Positions 16,095-28,109 of a DNA stretch of 64,000 nt are shown here, one piece after another. Numbering within the stretch: the stretch's first letter is position 1; each line of letters starts with the position of its first letter. Origin of the DNA: Treponema sp. (GTDB lineage: Bacteria > Spirochaetota > Spirochaetia > Treponematales > Treponemataceae); NCBI GenBank assembly GCA_045616325.1, contig JAZLGN010000039.1:11596-75595 (forward strand), given 5' to 3'. The translations under genes were made by a program, and so were the position numbers. The notes under the pieces are model-generated. The model did no database searches, was not told the DNA's origin, and saw only the letters and a list, made by a program, of their open reading frames with translations.

Positions 16095-19000
16095 ATGTTC
16101 GCCAAGAGCAAAAAGATTGTTCGCCAGTACATCGGAAAAGACATCCAGGACTTCATGGAACTTCCGAATCTCATTGACATTCAGCTTTCTTCTTATGAAG
16201 AATTTATCCAGAGAGACAGAATCAACAAGGGCGAAACCCTTTTGAACCAGGGACTTCAGGAAGTATTCACTTCTACATTCCCAATCGAAAGCCCACAGGG
16301 CGACATGGTTCTTGAATTTGATCACTATGAACTTAATTACGAAGGCATCAAATTCAGTGAACAGGATGCAAAAAGAAAAGGACAGTCATATACAGTTCCG
16401 CTTAGAGCCCTGATCAGGCTTAACTTCAAGGAAAGCGGAATGTTCTTTGAAAAAGACATATACATGGGAGAAATCCCGCTTATGACAGACCGCGGTACAT
16501 TCATCATCAATGGTGCAGAACGCGTTGTCGTAAGCCAGATTCACCGTTCGCCTGGAGTTATTTTCCAGCGTGAAAAGGGTGTTCTTTCAAGCCGCATCAT
16601 CCCTTACCGCGGATCATGGCTTGAATTTGAAATTGACCAGAAAAAGGACCTTATTTTCGCAAAGATTGACCGCAAGAAGAAAATCCTCGGTACAATTTTC
16701 CTTCGTGCATTGGGATATTCTACTCGTGAAGAAATCATCAAGTGTTTCTACCTCACAGAAGATGTTAAGATTCCTTCAGATGCAGAAAAGAGGGAAGAGC
16801 TTGCAGGAAAAGTTCTTGCAAAGGCTGTTATCCTTACTGATTCGGAAACAGGCGAGGAAAAGAAGCTCTTCCGTGCAGGTGACAAGCTTCATCCGCATGA
16901 TCTTGATGACCTCGTTGCAAACAACGTTAAGGAAATCTGCGTAATCAAGTTCAATACAAAGGCAAATCCAAACGACAAGGAAGAAAAGAACCTTTCACTC
17001 GACAGCGAAATGATCGTAAACTGTTTTGAAAGGGAAGAAATCATCTTCTCAAAGGCTGGATCTGCAACTCCAGAAGAACCTACAAAGGAAGAATGCATTT
17101 CCGAAGTTTATACTGTTCTTCAGCCTAACGAACCAATTTCATTTGAGGCAGCTGAAAGGGACCTTACGACAATGTTCTTCAGCATCCGCCGCTATGACCT
17201 TGGCCGTGTAGGTCGCTACAAGCTTAACAAGAAGTTTGGATATGAAAATCCTGTTGAAGACCTTACACTTACAAAGGATGACATCATTCAGACAATGAAG
17301 CACCTCATCGAAGTTTACATCGATGCAGAACTCATTGACGATATCGATCACCTTGGCCGCCGCCGCATCCGTTCAGTTGGAGAACTTCTTACAAACCAGT
17401 TCAAGACTGCATTCTCAAGAATGGAAAGGATTGCAAAGGAAAGGATGAACATCAAGGAAACTGAGACATTGCGCCCTCAGGACCTTATTTCAACAAAGCC
17501 TATTTCTACAGCCTTGCGTGAATTCTTCGGTTCATCACAGCTTTCTCAGTTCATGGATCAGTGTAACCCTCTTGCAGAGCTTACACACAAGCGCCGTCTT
17601 AATGCCCTTGGTCCAGGTGGTCTTTCACGCGACCGCGCAGGTTTCGAAGTTCGTGACGTTCACTACACGCACTATGGACGCATGTGTCCTATCGAAACTC
17701 CTGAAGGTCCAAACATCGGTCTTATCGTTTCACTTGCCATCTTCACAAAGGTTAACGACTACGGATTCCTTGAAGAACCATACCGCAAGGTTGTAAACGG
17801 AAAGGCAACAGACATCGTTGAATATCTTGATCCGGATGACGAAGACAAGTACGCCATCGGTCAGGTTACGGAAGGAATGAAGAAGGACGGTTCATTCCCT
17901 ACAGAATATGTTTCAAGCCGCAAGCAGGGTGACTATACAAGCCGCCTTACACAGGACATTCAGTACATGGACGTTTCTCCACGCCAGGTAATCTCTGTTT
18001 CTGCTTCCCTTGTTCCGTTCCTTGAACATGATGACGCTAACCGTGCCCTCATGGGTTGTAACATGCAGCGTCAGGCAGTTCCGCTTCTTTTCCCTGAGCC
18101 ACCACATGTTGGTACGGGCATGGAACAGAAGACAGCCTACGATTCAGGTGTTCTCACAAAGGCTCGCCGTGCAGGTGAAGTTGTATGGGTTGAATCTGAC
18201 CTCGTTAAGGTTAAGCCAACAGACGGCAAGAAGGGAGAGCTTGATGAATACCAGCTCCTCAAGTACCAGAAGACAAACTCTGATACGGTATGCCACCAGC
18301 GCCCAATCGTTCAGGTTGGAGAAAAGGTTGAAGCAGGTTCGGTAATTGCCGACGGTTCAGCTACATTCAATGGTGAACTTGCCCTTGGTCGCAATATTCT
18401 CGTTGGATTCGTTCCGTGGAATGGATACAACTACGAAGACGCTGTTCTCATCAGCCAGCGCGTAGTTAAGGAAGACATGTATACTTCTGTTCACATCCAC
18501 GAATTTGAAACAGAAATCCGTGAGACAAAGCTCGGTCCTGAGCGCATTACACGCGATGTTCCAAATACATCTGAAAAGTCGTTGGATAACCTCGATGCAG
18601 AAGGAATCATTCGCGTAGGCGCAAAGGTTCGCTCTGGAGACATTCTTGTTGGTAAGGTTACTCCAAAAAATGAAACAGAAACAACTCCAGAATTCAAGCT
18701 CTTGAATTCCATCTTCGGTGAAAAGGCAAGGGAAGTACGCGATTCTTCTCTCAAGCTGCCACACGGAAGCCAGGGTGTCGTAATTGACATTCAGCGCCTT
18801 AAGAGGTCTGAAGGTGATGAACTCCAGCCTGGTGTTGATGAAAAGGTAAAGGTTATCATTGCCGACAAGCGTAAGCTGGTAGTTGGTGACAAGATGGCCG
18901 GTCGCCACGGAAACAAGGGTGTTGTTGCACGCATTCTCCCTGTAGAAGACATGCCATACCTTGAAGACGGTACACCGCTTGATGTCTGTCTTAACCCTCT

Positions 19001-19652
19001 TGGTGTTCCTTCTCGTATGAACATCGGTCAGGTTATGGAAAACGAACTTGGTATTGCAGGACACATTCTCAACGAATGGTATTCTTCACCTGCATTCCAG
19101 ACACCAAGCCAGGAACAGATTGCAGAAAAGCTGGTTGAAGCAGGTCTTTCTCCAGACTGTAAGCAGATTGTTCATGACGGTCTTACTGGTGAACCATTCC
19201 TCAATCCAATCTTCGTTGGATGCACTTACTTCATGAAGCTGCACCACTTGGTTGACGATAAGATGCATGCCCGTTCAACAGGTCCATACTCACTTGTTAC
19301 ACAGCAGCCTCTCGGTGGTAAGGCACAGTTTGGTGGCCAGCGTCTTGGTGAAATGGAAGTTTGGGCACTTGAAGCTTACGGTGCATCAAATACACTCCAG
19401 GAAATGATGACAATCAAGTCCGATGACATGAACGGCCGTTCAAAGGTTTATGAATCAATCGTTAAGGGTGAACCAACTGCACCAATCGGTGTACCGGAAT
19501 CATTCAACGTTATGGTTCAGGAACTTCGCGGTCTTGCCTTGGACTTTACTATTTATGATGACAAGGGTAAGCAGATTGCCCTTACAGAACGTGACCAGGA
19601 ACTTATCGATAAGGTAGGTGCCGGTTTTGACAAGGAGAACGAAAATGCGTGA
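16095..19652 (+). CDS. rpoB: RNA polymerase beta subunit
   Basis: [57 protein letters not shown]. Confidence 0.99.
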   Translation: MFAKSKKIVRQYIGKDIQDFMELPNLIDIQLSSYEEFIQRDRINKGETLLNQGLQEVFTSTFPIESPQGDMVLEFDHYELNYEGIKFSEQDAKRKGQSYTVPLRALIRLNFKESGMFFEKDIYMGEIPLMTDRGTFIINGAERVVVSQIHRSPGVIFQREKGVLSSRIIPYRGSWLEFEIDQKKDLIFAKIDRKKKILGTIFLRALGYSTREEIIKCFYLTEDVKIPSDAEKREELAGKVLAKAVILTDSETGEEKKLFRAGDKLHPHDLDDLVANNVKEICVIKFNTKANPNDKEEKNLSLDSEMIVNCFEREEIIFSKAGSATPEEPTKEECISEVYTVLQPNEPISFEAAERDLTTMFFSIRRYDLGRVGRYKLNKKFGYENPVEDLTLTKDDIIQTMKHLIEVYIDAELIDDIDHLGRRRIRSVGELLTNQFKTAFSRMERIAKERMNIKETETLRPQDLISTKPISTALREFFGSSQLSQFMDQCNPLAELTHKRRLNALGPGGLSRDRAGFEVRDVHYTHYGRMCPIETPEGPNIGLIVSLAIFTKVNDYGFLEEPYRKVVNGKATDIVEYLDPDDEDKYAIGQVTEGMKKDGSFPTEYVSSRKQGDYTSRLTQDIQYMDVSPRQVISVSASLVPFLEHDDANRALMGCNMQRQAVPLLFPEPPHVGTGMEQKTAYDSGVLTKARRAGEVVWVESDLVKVKPTDGKKGELDEYQLLKYQKTNSDTVCHQRPIVQVGEKVEAGSVIADGSATFNGELALGRNILVGFVPWNGYNYEDAVLISQRVVKEDMYTSVHIHEFETEIRETKLGPERITRDVPNTSEKSLDNLDAEGIIRVGAKVRSGDILVGKVTPKNETETTPEFKLLNSIFGEKAREVRDSSLKLPHGSQGVVIDIQRLKRSEGDELQPGVDEKVKVIIADKRKLVVGDKMAGRHGNKGVVARILPVEDMPYLEDGTPLDVCLNPLGVPSRMNIGQVMENELGIAGHILNEWYSSPAFQTPSQEQIAEKLVEAGLSPDCKQIVHDGLTGEPFLNPIFVGCTYFMKLHHLVDDKMHARSTGPYSLVTQQPLGGKAQFGGQRLGEMEVWALEAYGASNTLQEMMTIKSDDMNGRSKVYESIVKGEPTAPIGVPESFNVMVQELRGLALDFTIYDDKGKQIALTERDQELIDKVGAGFDKENENA

Positions 19653-22600
19653 TATCCAGGATTTTACAAGTCTTAAAATTAAGCTTGCCTCACCAGAAAA
19701 CATCCGTTCATGGTCTTATGGCGAAGTAAAAAAGCCGGAAACAATCAACTATCGTACTCTTCGTCCGGAGAGGGACGGTCTTTTCTGTGAACGTATTTTC
19801 GGTACAACAAAGGAATGGGAATGTTACTGCGGTAAGTTCAAGAGCATCCGTTACAAGGGTGTTGTCTGTGACCGCTGTGGTGTTGAAGTTACTCATTTCA
19901 AGGTTCGCCGTGAACGCACCGGTCACATTGATCTTGCAGCTCCGGTAAGCCACATCTGGTACTATCACTCGGTTCCAAGCCGCATGGGTCTTCTTCTTGA
20001 CCTTCCGGTGGCAGCATTGCGTTCAATTCTCTACTATGAAAAGTACATCGTAATTGATCCTCAGGAAACTGACCTCAAGAAGAACCAGCTTCTTACGGAA
20101 GATGAATTCAACGAGGCACAGGAACGCTTCTCCGGTTCATTTACTGCAGGAATGGGTGCAGAAGCAATCAAGGCACTTCTTGAAAACATTGACCTTGATG
20201 CTCTTTCTGCAGAACTCCGTGCAAGGATGATTGAAAAGGGATCAAAGAGCGACAAGCGCCTCCTCAAGAGAATCGAAATCGTTGAAAATTTCCGTTCTTC
20301 AGGAAACAAGGCATCATGGATGGTTCTCGATGTAATTCCTGTAATTCCACCGGATCTTCGTCCAATGGTTCAGCTTGATGGTGGAAGATTTGCCACATCT
20401 GACCTTAATGACCTTTACCGCCGCGTTATCAACAGAAACAACCGTCTCAAGAAGCTTCAGAGCCTTTCAGCTCCGGACATTATTATCCGCAACGAAAAGC
20501 GCATGCTTCAGGAAGCCGTGGATTCACTCTTTGATAACTCAAAGCGCAAGCAGAAGGTTCTCAAGGGACAGGCAAACCGTCCTCTCAAGTCTATTTCCGA
20601 CATGCTCAAGGGTAAGCAGGGTCGTTTCCGCCAGAACCTCCTTGGTAAGCGCGTTGACTATTCAGGCCGTTCGGTAATCGTTGTTGGTCCGGAACTCAAG
20701 CTCTGGCAGTGTGGTCTTCCAGAAAAGATGGCCCTCGAACTCTTCAAGCCTTTCATCATGAAGAAGCTTGTTGACAAGGGAATCGTATTCAACATTAAGA
20801 AGGCAAGAACTCTCGTTGAACAGGAATCAACGGAAGTTTTCAATATCCTTGATGAAGTTGTTCGCGAGCATCCGGTTATGCTTAACCGTGCCCCTACTCT
20901 TCACCGCCTCGGTATCCAGGCTTTTGAACCTGTACTTGTTCCAGGAAAGGCCCTCAAGCTTCATCCTCTTGCATGTAAGGCTTTCAATGCCGACTTCGAC
21001 GGTGACCAGATGGCCATTCACGTGCCTCTTACTCAGGCAGCCCAGATGGAATGCTGGACATTGATGCTTTCTGCACGCAACCTTCTTGACCCTGCTAACG
21101 GTAACACAATCGTTGCTCCTTCACAGGACATGGTTCTCGGTATCTATTACATGACATCGATTAAGCCAAATGCAAAGGGTACGGGAAAATTCTTCTCTTC
21201 TGCAGATGAAGTTCGTCTCGCAGCCTCAAGCGGAGCAATCGAATGGCAGGCAGAAATCAAGGTTCACAAGAACATCGTAAACAAGTGCGTTAACGGTGAC
21301 AAGGATCCGGAAGAAAAGTACCTCCTTACATCCGCAGGCCGTCTTGCTTTCAACGAAGCAATGCCTGATGAAGTAGACTTCTATAATGAACAGCTTGGTG
21401 ACAAGGGTCTCAAGAAGATGATCGAGCGTGTTTACCACAACGACCAGACTTCAGACAAGAGAATCAAGGCTCTTATCGAAGAAAAGTATCAGGTTACACA
21501 GCTTGATGCAGAAACCCTCGACAAGATTATGGAAGATTCTTCTGTAAAGGCTCAGATTAACAAGATTTTCAACAGGGAAACACCTATTGAAGATTACAAG
21601 CTCAGGAAGATTCTCCCTGGCCTTTATGCAATCGACCGCGGCTGGCTTACAATCCAGATGCTCGATGCCATCAAGGCTACAGGTTACAAGAATGCTACAT
21701 TCTACGGTGCAACCCTTTCCATGGATGATATTCTCGTTCCGGAAGAAAAGAAGGAAATGGTTGCAGAAGCAAATGCTGAAGTAGAAAAGATCGTAAAGCA
21801 GAACAAAGCCGGTATCATTTCCGATGATGAACGCTATAACAGGTCCGTTGGTGTTTGGGAAAAGACAAATGAAAAGCTTACGGAACTCATGTACGAAAAG
21901 ATGGGAAAGGATAAGGATGGCTTTAACACCATCTATATGATGGCCATCTCTGGTGCCCGCGGTAGTAAGAAGCAGATTTCTCAGCTTGCCGCCATGCGTG
22001 GTCTTATGCAGAAGCCTAACGGTGCCATCATTGAACTTCCTATTCGTGCAAACTTTAAGGAAGGTCTTTCGGTTATCGAATACTTCATCTCAACAAACGG
22101 TGCACGTAAGGGTCTTTCAGATACAGCCCTTAAGACAGCCGACGCAGGTTACATGACACGCCGTCTTGTAGATGTTGCACAGGATGTTGTAGTTAATGAA
22201 GAAGACTGCGGTACAATCAACGGTATTGACTACAGGGCAATCAAGGAAGGTGATGAAGTTAAGGTTCCTCTTGCAAAGAGAATTGCAGGACACTATCCAA
22301 TTGAACGCGTCATCGACCCAGTTTCTGGTGAACTCCTCTGTGACGTTAACCAGTACATCGACGAAGCCCTTGCAGAAAAGATTGACAAGGCTGGTGTAGA
22401 AAAGGTTAAGCTCCGCACAGTTCTTACCTGTGAAAGCAAGCATGGTATCTGCGTAAAGTGTTACGGTAAGGACCTTGCACGCAACAAGATCGTAGAAATT
22501 GGTGAAGCAGTGGGAACCATTGCAGCCCAGTCAATCGGTCAGCCTGGTACACAGCTTACACTCCGTACATTCCATACTGGTGGTGCTGCTGAATCAAGCC

Positions 22601-24132
22601 AGAGGGATAACCACATTGCAATGAACTACGATGTATTCATCCAGAGCCTGGAAGGAACTCACGTAGAAAAGAAGAACGGCGACTGGCTCTTTACACGTCG
22701 TGGTTCAATGGTTGTTACAAAGCTCTTTAACACATACACAATCGATTCAGGAGATGAAGTTGTTGTAGCTGACGGTGCACGTGTTCGCAAGGACAATGTA
22801 ATCCTCAAGCACAAGGGCCAGGAAGTTCTTGCATCTGATGCAGGTAGAATCATCATCAGGGACAAGACAATTTTCCTCACAAGCAATGACCAGAAGATTG
22901 AAGTTTCCAACGGTTCAACAATCTACGCAAAGTATGTAAATGCAGAATGCGTTGCAAAGGCTGGTGAAGCTGTAGGTGAATTTGACCCTTACAACGAACC
23001 AATCATCGCAGAACAGACTGGTTACATTCACTATGATGACATCATCGAAGGCGTAACATTGGACGTTAAGACAGACCTTCTCACAGGTATTGTTGAACGC
23101 CGCATTTCTGACCTTCACCTTGACGTTAAGCAGCCACGTATCGTTATTTCTGATGAAGACGGTAACGAACTCGGTTCATACCACATGCCTGTTAATGCAG
23201 TTCTCAGCAACGACATTAAGGATACTGGAAAGGTAGAAGCCGGTACAACAATTGCCAAGATGGCAAAGGAAGCTGCAAAGGCTAACGATATTACTCTCGG
23301 TCTTCCACGCGTTTCTGAACTTTTCGAAGCTCGCAAGCCAAAGAATCCTGCAGTGATCGCACAGATTTCCGGTATCGTTAAGTTCGGCAAGATCGTAAAG
23401 GGTAAGCGCACGATCATCATTGAAGATGAATACCACAATGAATTCACCCATCTTGTTCCGATGGTTAAGCGCCTTCTTGTCCGTGATGGAGACAAGGTGG
23501 AAGCAGGTGAAAAGCTTTGTGACGGTTCAGTAGATGCACATGATGTACTTGCCGTCCTTGGCGAAGACAGACTCCAGAACTTCCTTATGGATGAAATCCA
23601 GTCTGTTTACCGTGCACAGGGTGTAGACATTAACGACAAGCATATCGGTACAATCATCCGCCAGATGCTTAAGAAGGTTGAAGTAATCGATGTAGGTGAT
23701 ACAAGGTTCATTTACGGCCAGCAGGTTGACAAGTACATTTTCCGCGAAGAAAACGAAAGGATCATTGCAGAAGGTGGACAGCCGGCAGTTGCACGCCCAA
23801 TGTTCCAGGGTATTACAAAGGCAGCTCTTGCAGCAGACTCTTTCATTTCGGCATGTTCATTCCAGGAAACGACACGCGTTCTTACAAATGCAGCAATCGA
23901 AGGAAAGATCGACCACTTGCGCGGCCTTAAGGAAAACATCATCATCGGTCACAGAATCCCAGCCGGTAGCGGTATCCGTCAGTATAACAATGTAAAGCTT
24001 TCGGATGATTCAACAACAGACCTTGATGCAAAGATGAAGGAAATCCTTGAGCAGCGCATGCTTGAACTCAGGGAACAGGAAGCAATGAGCGGCCAGAACG
24101 CAATCATTGATTCTTCATCTGACGAAGACTGA
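19645..24132 (+). CDS. rpoC: RNA polymerase beta' subunit (about 1495 aa, with lineage insertion)
   Basis: NADFDGD catalytic motif, Zn-finger CYCG...[16 protein letters not shown]; start at MRDIQ overlapping rpoB. Confidence 0.99.
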   Translation: MRDIQDFTSLKIKLASPENIRSWSYGEVKKPETINYRTLRPERDGLFCERIFGTTKEWECYCGKFKSIRYKGVVCDRCGVEVTHFKVRRERTGHIDLAAPVSHIWYYHSVPSRMGLLLDLPVAALRSILYYEKYIVIDPQETDLKKNQLLTEDEFNEAQERFSGSFTAGMGAEAIKALLENIDLDALSAELRARMIEKGSKSDKRLLKRIEIVENFRSSGNKASWMVLDVIPVIPPDLRPMVQLDGGRFATSDLNDLYRRVINRNNRLKKLQSLSAPDIIIRNEKRMLQEAVDSLFDNSKRKQKVLKGQANRPLKSISDMLKGKQGRFRQNLLGKRVDYSGRSVIVVGPELKLWQCGLPEKMALELFKPFIMKKLVDKGIVFNIKKARTLVEQESTEVFNILDEVVREHPVMLNRAPTLHRLGIQAFEPVLVPGKALKLHPLACKAFNADFDGDQMAIHVPLTQAAQMECWTLMLSARNLLDPANGNTIVAPSQDMVLGIYYMTSIKPNAKGTGKFFSSADEVRLAASSGAIEWQAEIKVHKNIVNKCVNGDKDPEEKYLLTSAGRLAFNEAMPDEVDFYNEQLGDKGLKKMIERVYHNDQTSDKRIKALIEEKYQVTQLDAETLDKIMEDSSVKAQINKIFNRETPIEDYKLRKILPGLYAIDRGWLTIQMLDAIKATGYKNATFYGATLSMDDILVPEEKKEMVAEANAEVEKIVKQNKAGIISDDERYNRSVGVWEKTNEKLTELMYEKMGKDKDGFNTIYMMAISGARGSKKQISQLAAMRGLMQKPNGAIIELPIRANFKEGLSVIEYFISTNGARKGLSDTALKTADAGYMTRRLVDVAQDVVVNEEDCGTINGIDYRAIKEGDEVKVPLAKRIAGHYPIERVIDPVSGELLCDVNQYIDEALAEKIDKAGVEKVKLRTVLTCESKHGICVKCYGKDLARNKIVEIGEAVGTIAAQSIGQPGTQLTLRTFHTGGAAESSQRDNHIAMNYDVFIQSLEGTHVEKKNGDWLFTRRGSMVVTKLFNTYTIDSGDEVVVADGARVRKDNVILKHKGQEVLASDAGRIIIRDKTIFLTSNDQKIEVSNGSTIYAKYVNAECVAKAGEAVGEFDPYNEPIIAEQTGYIHYDDIIEGVTLDVKTDLLTGIVERRISDLHLDVKQPRIVISDEDGNELGSYHMPVNAVLSNDIKDTGKVEAGTTIAKMAKEAAKANDITLGLPRVSELFEARKPKNPAVIAQISGIVKFGKIVKGKRTIIIEDEYHNEFTHLVPMVKRLLVRDGDKVEAGEKLCDGSVDAHDVLAVLGEDRLQNFLMDEIQSVYRAQGVDINDKHIGTIIRQMLKKVEVIDVGDTRFIYGQQVDKYIFREENERIIAEGGQPAVARPMFQGITKAALAADSFISACSFQETTRVLTNAAIEGKIDHLRGLKENIIIGHRIPAGSGIRQYNNVKLSDDSTTDLDAKMKEILEQRMLELREQEAMSGQNAIIDSSSDED

Positions 24133-24143
24133 TGAAAACCCCG

Positions 24144-24255
24144 GAATTCTGATGAATTTAGTGATATTTTCTGAAGAATTCCGGAATTCATGAGGAATTC
24201 GTGAAGAATTTAGCGGAATTCATTGAATTCATATTGACCGGGATTTAATGAATTC
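24144..24255. repeat. Phased array of GAATTC/GAATTT hexamers upstream of and within the rpsL promoter
   Basis: GAATTC at 24144, 24176, 24184, 24195, 24216, 24225, 24250; GAATTT at 24154, 24206. Confidence 0.9.
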
Positions 24256-24263
24256 TGTATAAT
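24234..24263 (+). promoter_or_regulatory. Sigma70 promoter of rpsL-rpsG
   Basis: TTGACC-18-TATAAT, 62 nt before the rpsL ATG. Confidence 0.75.
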
Positions 24264-24325
24264 TTTCAAACTTGTTTAGTTATTATTTTTGGGAGTGCTG
24301 CCCAATTAAAATAGGAGTATAGGCG

Positions 24326-24700
24326 ATGCCTACAATTAATCAGTTAATTCGTAAAGGTCGTCAGTCATCTGCAAAAAGAACTAAGGCTCCAGCCCTTCAG
24401 TCGTGCCCACAGAAGCGTGGCGTTTGCACTCGCGTTATGACAATGACACCTAAGAAACCAAACTCGGCTCTTCGTAAGATTGCTCGTGTTCGCTTGAGCA
24501 ATGGTATTGAAGTAACAGCTTACATCCCAGGTATTGGACACAACCTTCAGGAACACTCAGTTGTTCTCGTTCGTGGTGGTCGTGTTAAGGACCTTCCTGG
24601 TGTTCGCTATCACATTATTCGTGGTACAAAGGATACACTCGGTGTAGACGGTCGTAAGCGTGCTCGTTCAAAGTACGGTGCTAAAAAGCCAAAGGCATAA
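24326..24700 (+). CDS. rpsL: 30S ribosomal protein S12
   Basis: [28 protein letters not shown]. Confidence 0.99.
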   Translation: MPTINQLIRKGRQSSAKRTKAPALQSCPQKRGVCTRVMTMTPKKPNSALRKIARVRLSNGIEVTAYIPGIGHNLQEHSVVLVRGGRVKDLPGVRYHIIRGTKDTLGVDGRKRARSKYGAKKPKA

Positions 24701-24716
24701 TAAGAGGAGCTAGACT

Positions 24717-25187
24717 ATGGGAAGACATAAGAAATCAGTTAACCGTCCGGTTATGCCAGATGAAAGATATAACAGCGTAGTAATTTCTAAGTTCGTATGC
24801 CGCATGATGCTCGACGGAAAGAAAGCTATCTGCCAGAGAGTTATCTATGAAGCTCTCGACAAGCTCAAGGCAAAGACAGACAAGGACCCACTTGAAGTAT
24901 TCCTCAAGGCCCTTGACAATGTTAAGCCAATGGTAGAAGTTAAGTCTCGTCGTGTTGGTGGTGCAACATACCAGGTACCTATCGAAATCCGTGAAACACG
25001 CCGTGAAGCTCTCGGAATGAGATGGATGATCAATGCAGCTCGTGCTCGCAATGGTCACGGTATGGCAGAGACTCTTGCTGCAGAAATTTTTGATGCATTC
25101 AACAACACAGGTTCTGCATACAAGAAGAAGGAAGATACACACAAGATGGCAGAAGCAAACAAGGCTTTTGCACACTACCGCTGGTAG
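24717..25187 (+). CDS. rpsG: 30S ribosomal protein S7
   Basis: EVKSRRVGGATYQVP, HKMAEANKAFAHYRW. Confidence 0.99.
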   Translation: MGRHKKSVNRPVMPDERYNSVVISKFVCRMMLDGKKAICQRVIYEALDKLKAKTDKDPLEVFLKALDNVKPMVEVKSRRVGGATYQVPIEIRETRREALGMRWMINAARARNGHGMAETLAAEIFDAFNNTGSAYKKKEDTHKMAEANKAFAHYRW

Positions 25188-25206
25188 AAGAATCTTTCTT
25201 CAATAT

Positions 25207-25240
25207 AACGTCCTTCAGTTCTGGAGGGCGTTTTTTTATT
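25207..25240 (+). terminator. Rho-independent terminator after rpsG
   Basis: AACGTCCTTC...GGAGGGCGTT hairpin followed by a T-run. Confidence 0.85.
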
Positions 25241-25340
25241 CTTCTTGAATCAAATTGTTTACTATTAAATGTAATGTTTTCATACAAATTATAGTTAACT
25301 GCAGGCAAGGTATTTTCTTTCATGAAATGGCATTTCCCTC

Positions 25341-25369
25341 TTGAACAAAGTTTCAATAAGTAGTATAAA
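25341..25369 (+). promoter_or_regulatory. Sigma70 promoter upstream of the long tuf leader
   Basis: TTGAAC-17-TATAAA; predicted TSS near 25376. Confidence 0.7.
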
Positions 25370-25376
25370 TTATCAA

Positions 25377-25705
25377 CTGTATTACGCTCATATTGGGCGT
25401 GTTGTGTCTACACACAGGGTTGTTTGAGAAGTCAGACGGACGGCCTAATGACTGTCCGGTAAGAATCGTAAAGTTAATCGAAAGATTTTCAGATTGTTAC
25501 ACCCGAATACAGGAAGGATGCAGTTTGCATTCCTTGAAAAAAACGAGATGTTCGGTGCTTCTGACGTGGTTTACCTTCGGTAATCACAGGCTCCAGGATG
25601 CCAGACCGGTTGTCTCGCGCAGATGATGTTAGGTGGTATCGGCCAACTGCTTCGAATAGATGAAACAGAACATGGTTAGTTGTCCGTTCAATCTAGAATC
25701 GTCTC
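25377..25705 (+). ncRNA. Putative large structured RNA (tuf leader or independent ncRNA), family unknown
   Basis: Nested stems found by eye, including a long-range closing helix 25377-25383/25506-25512 and a 12-of-13-bp helix 25544-25556/25605-25617, several G-U pairs and a GAAA tetraloop; no credible ORF. Confidence 0.5.
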
Positions 25706-25836
25706 ATTAGTTTGGAAAAGTGTGATTGCGAAAGTATTGTTGCCTTTTAGGTGCGATATTTTCTGGCTTAAAGTGCAACACATAAAAATAATTTTTAATA
25801 TGCCGCAGAATTTAACTGTAAGGCAAGGAGAAAATC

Positions 25837-27024
25837 ATGGCAAAGGAAGAGTTCAACAGAACAAAACCTCACATGAACGTTGGTACTATCGGTCACGTTG
25901 ACCATGGTAAGACAACACTTTCAGCAGCTATCACTTCATACTGTGCAAAGAAGTATGGTGATAAGGTTCTCAAGTACGACGAAATCGATAACGCTCCAGA
26001 AGAAAAGGAACGTGGTATCACAATCAACTCTCGTCACCTTGAATATCAGTCAGACAAGAGACACTATGCTCACATCGACTGTCCAGGACATGCTGACTAC
26101 ATCAAGAACATGATTACTGGTGCTGCTCAGATGGATGGTTCTATCCTCGTTGTTTCTGCTCCAGACTCAGTTATGCCACAGACAAAGGAACACCTTCTTC
26201 TTGCTCGCCAGGTAGGTGTACCAAAGATCATCGTATTCCTTAACAAGGTTGACCTCGTTGACGATCCAGACATGCTCATGCTCGTTGTTGATGATGTTAC
26301 AGAAACAATCAAGAAGTACGGATTCTCAGAAGAAACACCAATCATCCAGGGTTCAGCATTCAAGGCTCTTGCTGACGGTGCAACTGCAGATGATACAAAG
26401 TGCATCGAAGAACTCCTTGCTGCAATGGATACATGGTTCGATGATCCAGTTCGCGATGATCAGAAGCCATTCCTTATGCCAATCGAAGACATCTTCACAA
26501 TCACAGGTCGTGGTACAGTAGTTACTGGACGTATCGAACGTGGTGTTGTACACATGGGTGATGCAGTACAGATCGTTGGTATCCGCCCAACACAGGATAC
26601 AACAGTTACTGGTATCGAAATGTTCAACAAGACACTTAACGAAGGTATGGCTGGTGATAACGCTGGTATCCTCCTCCGTGGTGTTGAAAAGAAGGATGTA
26701 ATCCGTGGTCAGGTTCTTGCTGCTCCAAAGTCAATCAATCCACACACAAAGTTCGTTGCTCAGATCTACGTTCTTTCAGAAAAGGAAGGTGGACGCAACA
26801 AGCCATTCCGCACAGGTTACCGCCCACAGTTCTACTTCAGAACAACAGATATCACTGGTGAAGTTCAGCTCGCTGATGCATCAGCAATGGTTATGCCTGG
26901 TGACAACGTAGAAATCACAGGTGAACTTATTCATCCAATCGCTATGGACGAAGGTCTTAAGCTTGCTATCCGTGAAGGCGGTCGTACAATCGCTTCTGGT
27001 CAGGTTACAAAGATTATCGAATAG
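25837..27024 (+). CDS. tuf: Elongation factor Tu
   Basis: [39 protein letters not shown]. Confidence 0.99.
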   Translation: MAKEEFNRTKPHMNVGTIGHVDHGKTTLSAAITSYCAKKYGDKVLKYDEIDNAPEEKERGITINSRHLEYQSDKRHYAHIDCPGHADYIKNMITGAAQMDGSILVVSAPDSVMPQTKEHLLLARQVGVPKIIVFLNKVDLVDDPDMLMLVVDDVTETIKKYGFSEETPIIQGSAFKALADGATADDTKCIEELLAAMDTWFDDPVRDDQKPFLMPIEDIFTITGRGTVVTGRIERGVVHMGDAVQIVGIRPTQDTTVTGIEMFNKTLNEGMAGDNAGILLRGVEKKDVIRGQVLAAPKSINPHTKFVAQIYVLSEKEGGRNKPFRTGYRPQFYFRTTDITGEVQLADASAMVMPGDNVEITGELIHPIAMDEGLKLAIREGGRTIASGQVTKIIE

Positions 27025-27089
27025 TTTTTGATGGAATGACGCAGGCGGGTTTAGTTCTGCTTGTGTCATTCATCTGGGAGAATAAAAAG

Positions 27090-27398
27090 ATGGCAAACGC
27101 AAAGATTCGCGTTAAACTTCGTGCTTTTGACGTAGCTCTTATTGATCAGAGCGCAAAAGACATCGTGCAGCAGGTTCAGAAGGCAGGCGCTAAGGTTTCA
27201 GGACCAATCCCCCTTCCAACAAGAATCAACAAGGTTACAGTACTTCGTTCAGTTTTCGTAAACAAGAAGTCACGTGAACAGTTCGAAATGAGAACTCACA
27301 AGCGCCTTATTGACATTTTTGAACCAAGTCCAGAAGTTATGGATTCATTGATGAAGCTTGAACTTCCTGCAGGTGTAGATGTAGAAATTAAGCAGTAA
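27090..27398 (+). CDS. rpsJ: 30S ribosomal protein S10
   Basis: [31 protein letters not shown]; start trimmed to MANAK. Confidence 0.99.
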   Translation: MANAKIRVKLRAFDVALIDQSAKDIVQQVQKAGAKVSGPIPLPTRINKVTVLRSVFVNKKSREQFEMRTHKRLIDIFEPSPEVMDSLMKLELPAGVDVEIKQ

Positions 27399-27472
27399 TT
27401 CTTACTGTATAATTAAAAAAGCAGGTACGGTTCCATAGGATCGGAATGGCGGCCTAAGATTAGGAGATTCAG

Positions 27473-28108
27473 ATGAAAGGTCTGATAGCAAAAAAAGTAG
27501 GAATGACACAGGTATTCGACGAAAACGGAAATCTGACACCAGTAACCGTGATCCGCGTTGAACCAAATACCGTTGTTTCTATTAAGACAAAGGAAAAGTG
27601 CGATTACGATGCTGTAGTTCTCGGACTCGGCGAACTTAAGGCAAACAAGGTTTCTAAGCCTTATGCAAAGCAGTTTTCTGAAGATGTAACACCAAAGCGC
27701 ATTCTTAAGGAATTCCGCGACTTTGACGGTGAAGTTAAGGTCGGAGACAAGATTGGTGTTGAATTATTTAATGGAATTCGTTTCATCGATGTAACTGCAA
27801 CCTCTAAGGGTAAAGGTTTCCAGGGTGTAATGAAGAGATGGGGTTTCCATGGTGGACGCGCAACTCACGGTTCAAAGTTCCACAGAGAAGCCGGTGGTAC
27901 AGGATGTTGTACAACACCAGGACACACACTTAAGAACATTAAGATGCCTGGTCGTATGGGTTCTGACCGCGTTACAGTACAGAATCTCAAGGTTGTAAAA
28001 ATTGACCCTGAGCTCAATGTTTTGATGATTAAGGGTGCAGTTCCTGGCGTAAAGGACGGTACACTCATCGTTAAAGCTGCAGTAAAGAAGATGAAGATCG
28101 GAGAATAG
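27473..28108 (+). CDS. rplC: 50S ribosomal protein L3
   Basis: KVGMTQVF, SKGKGFQGVMKRWGF, KMPGRMG. Confidence 0.99.
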   Translation: MKGLIAKKVGMTQVFDENGNLTPVTVIRVEPNTVVSIKTKEKCDYDAVVLGLGELKANKVSKPYAKQFSEDVTPKRILKEFRDFDGEVKVGDKIGVELFNGIRFIDVTATSKGKGFQGVMKRWGFHGGRATHGSKFHREAGGTGCCTTPGHTLKNIKMPGRMGSDRVTVQNLKVVKIDPELNVLMIKGAVPGVKDGTLIVKAAVKKMKIGE

Positions 28109-28109
28109 T

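Noticed and set aside
24144-24255. GAATTC array as a CRISPR or tandem repeat
   Set aside because: The repeat unit is only 6 bp with 2-19 bp gaps, and there are no cas genes.
25505-25530. CAGGAAGGATGCAG resemblance to SRP RNA domain IV, and CTGGCTTA (25763) to the RNase P 3' end
   Set aside because: The required flanking motifs (TCAGGTCC-GGAA-GGAAGCAGC; GAGGAAAGTCC) are missing.
25393-25626. 77-aa ORF (and 25680-25901) in the rpsG-tuf gap as a fusA remnant or leader peptide
   Set aside because: TTG start without SD, no EF-G motifs (no AHIDAGKTT) and atypical composition; the RNA structure explains the region better.
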